From: an uncultured bacterium
GTDB lineage: Bacteria; Margulisbacteria; WOR-1; CAVSGV01
Direction: 5' to 3'
Length of the DNA: 32,000 nucleotides
Assembly (NCBI GenBank): GCA_963699255.1
Contig: OY969425.1
Location: forward strand, 1,680,001 to 1,712,000
Positions 25,976 to 32,000 of this stretch are shown here, one piece after another. Within the stretch, counting starts at the first letter, position 1. Every line of letters starts with the position of its first letter. The position numbers were made by a program, and so were the translations under genes. The notes under the pieces are model-generated. The model had not been told where the DNA came from. It saw only the letters and a program-made list of their open reading frames with translations, and ran no database searches.

Positions 25976-27100
25976 TTACCAGTTTACCCAATCCTTACCA
26001 AATTGTATCCATTTCATGCTTGAAACCCTGATCTTTTTCTTTCCATTGTCTTCCTTCAATTCTATGACGCCATCCATAAGATATTTAATGTTATTTACTA
26101 CCTGCTCGTTAATGGAGCCTTCTTCTATTATAAAAAGCGTTGTCACCCCGCCAAACGATAAAGCAGTATGTCCGATCTGGGAAAGAAAGCGCTGGACGGC
26201 AGGGAGCTCAAAGTTCACGAAGAAACTTGATATGGAATCAATGACCCTGCGGCCGCCGCACTTTTGTTGTACCGATTGCCCTATGTCATTGCCTGCCTGG
26301 CTGATCAGGCCGGATAGCTGGTCCAGATTTAACACTTCTTCAATCCGGTATTTTTCCTGAGTTCGCACCTCACCGGAAGTCCATGTGTAGGCGTCGATGA
26401 ACCTTAGGGTGCCGCTTTCTTCCTGCTGTGCGGATTTTTTCTGGATCATCTTGTTCAGTTCGCTTCTTACAAGGATCGGATCATCATCAACGGCAACAAA
26501 AAGGCATTTTTCATCTTTAGCAAGTCCTTCCGCAATGAATCTCCTTGCAAAGGTGGACTTACCCCGCCCGAGAGGTCCGATCAGCAGGATGTTAGATCCT
26601 TTCGGAAATCCGCCCCCCAGCGTCATATCCAGGCTCTCGATCCCGGTCGGGATCTGAATGAGTTGATCCTCGGTCTGATCTGACGCATCCTTTGCGGGGC
26701 GGAACTTTTGTACCGCTTTTATGTCCCTGTCAAACAGCATCGAAACCCTTTCTTTCAGTTCCTCAGCTCTGAAAGGTTTTGTGATGAAATCGTTCGCCCC
26801 GCCCTCAAATCCCGTCAGCTTGTTGAATTCGTCTCCGAGAGCCGAAAGAATGAGAATGGGCACATGAGATAGGACCGGGTCGCTGCGCAGGGCCTTGCAG
26901 ACTTCAAAACCGTTCTTTTGGGGCATCCTGATATCTGTTATAACCAGATCCGGCTTTTCTGAAATCGCTTTTGCTATGGCTTCAGCACCGTTCGTGGCAA
27001 GAACGACTTCGTAGCCCGCTTCCCTTAAAAGTTTTTCTCCAAGAAGCCTAATATTTTCTTCATCATCTGCCAGGAGGATCTTATGTTTTTTCTCAGCCAT
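25976..27100 (-). CDS. Response-regulator receiver domain fused to a KaiC/RecA-superfamily ATPase-like domain
   Basis: 374 aa. REC residues D12/D13, D56, S86 and K108 are all present. Then PTGIESLDMTLGGGFPKGSNILLIGPLGRGKST (KaiC/RadA-type Walker A context) and the Walker-B-like RRVIDSISS. No DNA-binding domain. Confidence 0.85.
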   Translation of the reverse strand: MAEKKHKILLADDEENIRLLGEKLLREAGYEVVLATNGAEAIAKAISEKPDLVITDIRMPQKNGFEVCKALRSDPVLSHVPILILSALGDEFNKLTGFEGGANDFITKPFRAEELKERVSMLFDRDIKAVQKFRPAKDASDQTEDQLIQIPTGIESLDMTLGGGFPKGSNILLIGPLGRGKSTFARRFIAEGLAKDEKCLFVAVDDDPILVRSELNKMIQKKSAQQEESGTLRFIDAYTWTSGEVRTQEKYRIEEVLNLDQLSGLISQAGNDIGQSVQQKCGGRRVIDSISSFFVNFELPAVQRFLSQIGHTALSFGGVTTLFIIEEGSINEQVVNNIKYLMDGVIELKEDNGKKKIRVSSMKWIQFGKDWVNW

Positions 27101-27107
27101 TCATAGC

Positions 27108-27136
27108 ATTATAGTGCATAAAAATCTTCTTGGCAA
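27108..27136 (-). promoter_or_regulatory. Sigma-70 promoter TTGCCA-17 nt-TATAAT for the REC-KaiC-like gene, leaderless geometry
   Basis: The minus strand reads TTGCCA (27136-27131), a 17-nt spacer, TATAAT (27113-27108), then 7 nt to ATG (27100). No SD. Confidence 0.55.
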
Positions 27137-27146
27137 TTTTTTTGCG
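27131..27146 (+). promoter_or_regulatory. Sigma-54-type -24/-12 candidate TGGCAA-TTTTT-TTGCG facing recO
   Basis: GG and GC fall at the consensus spacing of TGGCAC-N5-TTGCW. It overlaps the -35 of the divergent sigma-70 promoter. An alternative sigma-70 reading is TTGGCA (27130-27135)-18 nt-TAGATT (27154-27159). Confidence 0.3.
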
Positions 27147-27165
27147 TTTGTGATAGATTTTACTC

Positions 27166-27795
27166 ATGGCCCTTTATAATGTTGAAGCTATAAATATCAG
27201 AAGCAATAATGCGGGTGAAGCGGATAAGATAATCACGCTGTTCGCGAAAGGCCAGGGAAAGATCAGGGCGATAGCAAAAGGGGCAAGGAGGCCAACATCC
27301 AAATTCGGCGGCAGGCTCGAGATCTTCAGCTATAACCATCTTCAACTTGCCGCCGCCAGGAATCTGGACATTATCAGCCAGTGCGAGACCATAGAAAGCT
27401 TTTATAAGCTCAGGGAGGACAAAGAAAAACTGAATGCGGGGTTTTATATAGTCAAGCTTATTGATATAATTACGGAGGACAGGCAGAGGAACGACGAGCT
27501 TTTTGAGCTTTTGCTCGAAGCTTTGTATGCACTGCTTTTACCCGTTGACACGAACGTGCTGTTAAGGGCCTTTGAAGTGAAACTCTCCAAGATCGAGGGT
27601 TTTCTGCCGTCGGATCCTATGCTGGAGAGAAAATACAAGAGGCTGCCTTTAATTGTCGGTGAATTGATCGGCGATCTGGATCGTCCGCCAAAAGATCTGA
27701 CCGAAAAGGACTTGGAGATATCCGGCCGGGTATTCAGGGAAATAATTTCCGACCATACCGGCAAGGATATCAGGAAGGTTAGGGTATTTATATGA
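27166..27795 (+). CDS. recO: DNA repair protein RecO
   Basis: 209 aa. OB-fold N-terminus VEAINIRSNNAGEADKIITLFAKGQGKIRAIAKGARRPTSKFGG is typical of RecO. No SD. An in-frame stop lies 15 nt upstream, so ATG 27166 is the only start. Confidence 0.88.
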   Translation: MALYNVEAINIRSNNAGEADKIITLFAKGQGKIRAIAKGARRPTSKFGGRLEIFSYNHLQLAAARNLDIISQCETIESFYKLREDKEKLNAGFYIVKLIDIITEDRQRNDELFELLLEALYALLLPVDTNVLLRAFEVKLSKIEGFLPSDPMLERKYKRLPLIVGELIGDLDRPPKDLTEKDLEISGRVFREIISDHTGKDIRKVRVFI

Positions 27796-29000
27796 CAAGA
27801 CCCAGATTTTCTGTCGTACTTTCAAACCCGGGGTTTCTTTTGCTTTGGATGGGGCAGCTTTTGTCTCAGATCGCCGACAGGATATTCATTTATGTGCTCA
27901 TGATACTTGCCTATGCTTTGACAAAATCAAATTTGGGCGTCAGCATCCCTATGCTTTCTTTCGGGATACCTTCCATCCTTTTCGGGTCTCTGGCTGGCGT
28001 ATACTCTGATAGGCTGGACAGGAAAGGAATAATGGTCATATCCTGCATAATGAGGGGACTGCTCATACTTCTGCTCGTGCCTCTCGTTCATAAATCCATC
28101 GCTTCGATATTCCTGGTCAGCTTTCTTATATACACCGTTGCCCAGTTTTTTGCTCCCGCGGAATCATCCTCCATCCCGGAACTTGTCGAAAGGAAGAACC
28201 TTATCATCGCGAATTCGCTGTTCGTGGTCACCTGGATGGGAGCTTCCATGCTGGGATTCGGGCTCGGGGCGCCTATCGTTAACTGGCTGGGAGAACAGGG
28301 AACGTTCGTTCTGTCCGCCACATTTTACCTGATAGCTTCGGGGCTTATTTTTCTTGTGCCCCTCAAGGAACAGGCCTATGATGCCAGCTCCACGAACGGG
28401 AATATATTGAAGGACCTGAAGAACGGGATAGATTATATCAATAAGAACGTTCTGGTCGGCTATTCGCTTTTAAAGATGTTCATCGCGACTTCCGCGCTTG
28501 CGGTGGTCAGCCTTCTTTCCATATCTTACGCGAAAGAAGTGCTCATGATCGGGGAAAGGAACTTCGGCTATCTTGTTATTGCGGCGGGGCTTGGAATGTT
28601 CGTTGGTATGGCGTTTTTGGGGCGGGTGAGCCACTTTTTCAAGAAATCGACGATTTTGATGACAGGTTTTATCGTTTCCGGGATCTCGCTGTGTCTTGTC
28701 GCAGGAGTCAGCGATATCAAGATCTCTCTGCTCCTTATTTTTATCCTTGGGGTGTGCAATGTTCTTATAAATTCTACCATTCAGACCATACTTCAGTCGG
28801 TGGTCCCCGCGGGGATGAGGGGGCGAGTATTCGGCGTTCAGAACATGCTGATAAATTCCGCTTTTACGTTCCCTCTGTTGATCTTCGGCGCCATTGCTGA
28901 TGGCTGGGGCATAAGAACGGCGATCGCGGCTTTAGGCGTTACCATGATAGCGGGCGCATTTGTCGGGTCCCTCGGAAAGAGTTCAAAGGCATTGTCGTGA
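27792..29000 (+). CDS. MFS-family transporter
   Basis: 402 aa with about 12 hydrophobic segments and the MFS loop motif GVYSDRLDRKG between TM2 and TM3. Start overlaps the recO stop (ATGA). Confidence 0.85.
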   Translation: MTRPRFSVVLSNPGFLLLWMGQLLSQIADRIFIYVLMILAYALTKSNLGVSIPMLSFGIPSILFGSLAGVYSDRLDRKGIMVISCIMRGLLILLLVPLVHKSIASIFLVSFLIYTVAQFFAPAESSSIPELVERKNLIIANSLFVVTWMGASMLGFGLGAPIVNWLGEQGTFVLSATFYLIASGLIFLVPLKEQAYDASSTNGNILKDLKNGIDYINKNVLVGYSLLKMFIATSALAVVSLLSISYAKEVLMIGERNFGYLVIAAGLGMFVGMAFLGRVSHFFKKSTILMTGFIVSGISLCLVAGVSDIKISLLLIFILGVCNVLINSTIQTILQSVVPAGMRGRVFGVQNMLINSAFTFPLLIFGAIADGWGIRTAIAALGVTMIAGAFVGSLGKSSKALS

Positions 29001-29971
29001 GACCCCTGGTATGCAACTACTACCTGACCCTGAAGTGCAATGACGCCTGCGAATTTTGCCGCCTATGGCAGAAAAAGGAATTCCAAGAAATGCGGGAGAC
29101 AGGCGCGGCAGAGGTAAAGAAGAACCTCCGCTATCTTAGAGATATGGGGATCCTTGTCGTGAACTTTTCCGGAGGGGAACCCCTTCTTTATGAAGAAATT
29201 CCGGAGGTCCTTAGGATATCGAAAAGGCTGGGTTTTTTCAATATTTTGACCACCAACGGCGTCCTCTACCCTGAAAAAGCAGACCTTATAACGAACTTCG
29301 TGGACCATCTTGTGTTTTCGCTCGATTCCCCTGTGCCTGCCGACCATAACAGGATAAGAGGGACCAACTGTTACCAGTCTGTTATTGACGGCGTCAGGGC
29401 GGCAAAACGGCTCGGAAAGAACCCTATCATCAGCTTTACCGTGACCAGGGATACCGTAGGTGTGCTCCCTGACATGGTGGATCTCTCGCAAAGTTTGGGA
29501 GTTCTACTTTGGATAAATCCAGTGTATAATTATTCGGGACTTGAGGGATTCACCAAAGAGAGCGTTGATTACATAGCCAGGTATTTTGGCAGAAAGAACG
29601 TAGGGCTGAACCTGGCGAGCCTTCAGGTCATAAGGGATGGCGGAAATAATATTAGAAGGCCTGTTTGCAGGGCAGGCGCCTCTACTGTAACGATATTTCC
29701 GGACAATACGCTTGTTTCTCCCTGTATACATTTGCGAAAATCGGCTGTTAAGCTGGATGAAAATATAGCAAGTATACTGAAAAGAAGGGAGGTTAAACTG
29801 GCCGCATCCCTGTGCGGCCGCGATGATCAATGCAATGGTTGCATGGACTGGTCTTATCTGGGACCGTCCTTTTTGTACGGAATTAATAAGAACCTGTTCC
29901 TGGCTCTTTATTCAATTTGGAACTTGTTCTGGAAGGATTTAAGGATCAAGTCTGCCGGCCGGCAGGCATGA
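28997..29971 (+). CDS. Radical SAM enzyme with C-terminal Cys-rich (SPASM/twitch-like) region
   Basis: 324 aa. GTG start overlaps the MFS stop (GTGA). CNDACEFC is a CxxxCxxC motif. GGEPLL is present. Five further Cys residues lie in the last ~100 aa (C-x18-C ... C-x5-C-x2-C). Confidence 0.85.
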   Translation: MRPLVCNYYLTLKCNDACEFCRLWQKKEFQEMRETGAAEVKKNLRYLRDMGILVVNFSGGEPLLYEEIPEVLRISKRLGFFNILTTNGVLYPEKADLITNFVDHLVFSLDSPVPADHNRIRGTNCYQSVIDGVRAAKRLGKNPIISFTVTRDTVGVLPDMVDLSQSLGVLLWINPVYNYSGLEGFTKESVDYIARYFGRKNVGLNLASLQVIRDGGNNIRRPVCRAGASTVTIFPDNTLVSPCIHLRKSAVKLDENIASILKRREVKLAASLCGRDDQCNGCMDWSYLGPSFLYGINKNLFLALYSIWNLFWKDLRIKSAGRQA

Positions 29972-29984
29972 AGGGAGTAGTTAC

Positions 29985-31148
29985 ATGAAAGTATTAATGC
30001 TGACGCCTTATTTTTATCCACATACCGGGGGGACAGAGAAATACGTTAAAGATCTTTCTATTCAGCTTGTAAAGAACGGCCATGATGTGACCGTGATCTC
30101 CTGCAATGTTCCGAGAGCAAAAAAAGCAAAAAAGGAGGAGATCATTGACGGAGTGAAGATCAAAAGGCTTCCGGCGATCGATTTCCTTTATTATCTTCCC
30201 ATCACTGTGTCTTTTAATCTCAAAATGCTTGAAGGGTATGATGTTGTTCATATCCATTGCCCGCCGCACAGTTTTATTAGGACCGTGGCTGGGAAGACAA
30301 AGCTACCGGTCGTAGCCACTTTTCATTGTGACATAACGATAACGGACCAGTTCTTCGGCATTCCGATACCCCATTTCATCACCAATGGCTTCGAAGCTTT
30401 AATGAATTGGTATGCTACTTTGTTCCTGCCGAAGGCTGAAGAGATCATATCCACATCCGAATCTTACGCATCCACGTCCCCCGTCATGAAGAACCTGCCG
30501 AGGAACGTGATACCCATAGGTGTTTACCACGACAAGCTTGACGAATCCGTTAAGAAACAGGGCATTGACCCATTAAAGGAAAAAAAGAAACAGATATTGT
30601 TCCTTGGGCGTCTTGCCGCGAATAAAGGGATCAGATATCTTGTTGCCGCTATGCCAAAGATCCTGGCGGCTCACCCGGATGCCAAACTCATCATCTGCGG
30701 AGAAGGGGAGGAAAAGCCGTCCATTGTGAACCAGATCAAGAGCCTGGGACTTGAAGGGAACATCACATTTTACGGCACAGTGGACCTTGACACCCTCTCG
30801 AGACTTTATACCACATCATCGGTATTTGTCCTGCCCTCTATAAACAGGCTGGAAGCTTTCGGGATAGTGCAGCTGGAGGCAATGGCTTGTTATACGCCTG
30901 TCGTCGCTTCCGATATTCCTGGCGTTAACAGCGTAATGGACGTGGGAAAGAGCGGGCTCCTTGTGCCGAAGCAGAATCCCGATGCGATCGCTGAAGCGGT
31001 GATAAAGATATTAAGCAGCCCCGAACTGATGCAGCAAATGGGTGCAAGGGGAAGACAGCTGGTTGAAACGAAATACGACTGGCCGATAATATCAAAGGTG
31101 GTTGAGGCCGTTTATAAAAAAGCGATAGCGAAAAAGAAAGGGAAGTAG
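29985..31148 (+). CDS. Family 4 glycosyltransferase (GT-B, retaining type)
   Basis: 387 aa. N-terminal MKVLMLTPYFYPHTGGTEKY and the E-x7-E region EAFGIVQLEAMACYTPVVASDIPG. Confidence 0.9.
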   Translation: MKVLMLTPYFYPHTGGTEKYVKDLSIQLVKNGHDVTVISCNVPRAKKAKKEEIIDGVKIKRLPAIDFLYYLPITVSFNLKMLEGYDVVHIHCPPHSFIRTVAGKTKLPVVATFHCDITITDQFFGIPIPHFITNGFEALMNWYATLFLPKAEEIISTSESYASTSPVMKNLPRNVIPIGVYHDKLDESVKKQGIDPLKEKKKQILFLGRLAANKGIRYLVAAMPKILAAHPDAKLIICGEGEEKPSIVNQIKSLGLEGNITFYGTVDLDTLSRLYTTSSVFVLPSINRLEAFGIVQLEAMACYTPVVASDIPGVNSVMDVGKSGLLVPKQNPDAIAEAVIKILSSPELMQQMGARGRQLVETKYDWPIISKVVEAVYKKAIAKKKGK

Positions 31149-32000
31149 TGAAGGTATTAGTAACCGGCGGAGCGGGATACATTGGGTCAGTAACCACTCG
31201 CGAGCTTATAAACCAGGGTTACGAAGTCGTTGTTTTTGATAATCTCTCATACGGGCACAGGCAGGTGATCCCGAAACAGGCCAGGTTCGTAGAGGCGGAC
31301 CTTCTGGATAGACCCAGCATTTACTCCGCGCTTTCCAAAGAAAAAATAGAAGCCGTGGTCCACTTTGCGGGATTTATAGCCGTCGGAGAATCGGTCAAAG
31401 AACCGCTGAAGTACGTAAGAAATAACATTCTGGGCGGATATAACCTTCTTGACGCGATGAGGGAGCTAAAAATAAACAAAATTATTTTTTCTTCTTCCGC
31501 GGCAGTTTACGGCGATCCGGATAGCATCCCCATTAAAGAAGAGGACAGGCTTAAACCAACCAGCCCGTACGGCGAGACCAAGCTCATATTCGAGAAATTC
31601 CTCAGCTGGTGCGATGCAGCTTATGGCACACGCTCCATATGTTTGCGTTATTTCAATGCGGCCGGCGCTGACATTGAAAACGATCTCGGCGAGGACCACG
31701 ATCCGGAAACACATTTGATCCCTCTGGTCCTTAAGGTCGCCCTCGGCCAGCGGGAAAAGATCGATGTTTTCGGGACGGATTATGATACCTCCGATGGCAC
31801 GTGTGTCAGGGATTATGTCCACATTAAGGACCTGGCTGCTGCCCATGTGAAGGCGCTTAAGCGCTTGAACGAAGGCGGAGCCTCCTCTTTCTATAATGTG
31901 GGTTCTTCAAAAGGTTATTCAGTAAGAGAAGTGATCGACGCGTGCAGAAAAATAACCAGGAAGAACATAAAAGTAGTTGAGTCGCCGCGAAGGGCCGGGG
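31148..32000 (+). CDS. galE: UDP-glucose 4-epimerase, 3'-truncated by window edge
   Basis: Not in the ORF track because there is no stop inside the window. GTG at 31148 shares its G with the GT4 TAG stop. My translation is MKVLVTGGAGYIGS...FSSSAAVYG...YGETK...RYFNAAG...DGTCVRDYVHIKDLA, with the frame open to nt 32000. Confidence 0.92.
   Translation, partial: MKVLVTGGAGYIGSVTTRELINQGYEVVVFDNLSYGHRQVIPKQARFVEADLLDRPSIYSALSKEKIEAVVHFAGFIAVGESVKEPLKYVRNNILGGYNLLDAMRELKINKIIFSSSAAVYGDPDSIPIKEEDRLKPTSPYGETKLIFEKFLSWCDAAYGTRSICLRYFNAAGADIENDLGEDHDPETHLIPLVLKVALGQREKIDVFGTDYDTSDGTCVRDYVHIKDLAAAHVKALKRLNEGGASSFYNVGSSKGYSVREVIDACRKITRKNIKVVESPRRAG

Noticed and set aside
25669-26031. A 120-aa plus-strand ORF bridging the spacer between the two response-regulator genes.
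   Set aside because: Both ends are antisense to well-supported genes. The middle crosses a promoter and an inverted repeat. It has no SD and the predicted protein is hydrophobic low-complexity.
1-32000. A search for CRISPR arrays, IS elements or transposases, integrases, rRNA or tRNA genes and toxin-antitoxin pairs.
   Set aside because: I saw no regularly spaced direct repeats, no terminal inverted repeats flanking an ORF and no recombinase- or transposase-like ORF. No conserved rRNA or tRNA sequence blocks were visible on either strand.

Overview
Bacterial chromosomal window, probably from an uncultivated or poorly characterised lineage (I cannot name the taxon from sequence alone). Nt 1-21782 is one unbroken plus-strand array of 38 housekeeping genes. 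It holds the 3' part of fusA, then the S10, spc and alpha ribosomal clusters (rpsJ-rplCDWB-rpsS-rplV-rpsC-rplP-rpmC-rpsQ-rplNXE-rpsN(Z type)-rpsH-rplFR-rpsE-rplO-secY-adk-map-infA-rpmJ-rpsMKD-rpoA-rplQ). These are followed by truA, rplM-rpsI, a small Cys4 zinc-ribbon protein and a serine-biosynthesis pair (class-V aminotransferase plus serA). Three genes are missing from or truncated in the supplied ORF track and were recovered by reading the sequence: rpmJ (13617-13730), the partial galE at the 3' edge (31148 onward) and the true 5' extent of fusA. After serA the sequence becomes visibly A+T-rich and carries one 470-aa ORFan with no motif I recognise. Next come a patatin-like phospholipase gene and two minus-strand response-regulator genes: a sigma-54 enhancer-binding protein and a REC domain fused to a KaiC/RecA-like ATPase. 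Divergent from these is a tightly coupled recO-MFS-radical SAM-GT4-galE operon. I saw no rRNA, tRNA, CRISPR array, transposase, integrase or known defence or secretion system. Oddities in the core region: rplM is split by a 1-nt frame break at a homopolymer; S9 has a ~117-aa Lys/Ala/Pro-rich N-terminal extension; L24 has a Cys4 knuckle; S17 has a C-terminal tail; rpmD and tuf are absent from their usual slots; and a family of CCCCG/CGGGG hairpins sits in the three longer intergenic gaps. The best candidates for something undescribed are the ORFan island and the REC-KaiC-like/EBP pair facing a sigma-54-like promoter in front of the recO-envelope operon. Both are hypotheses that need database and structure searches I cannot run.
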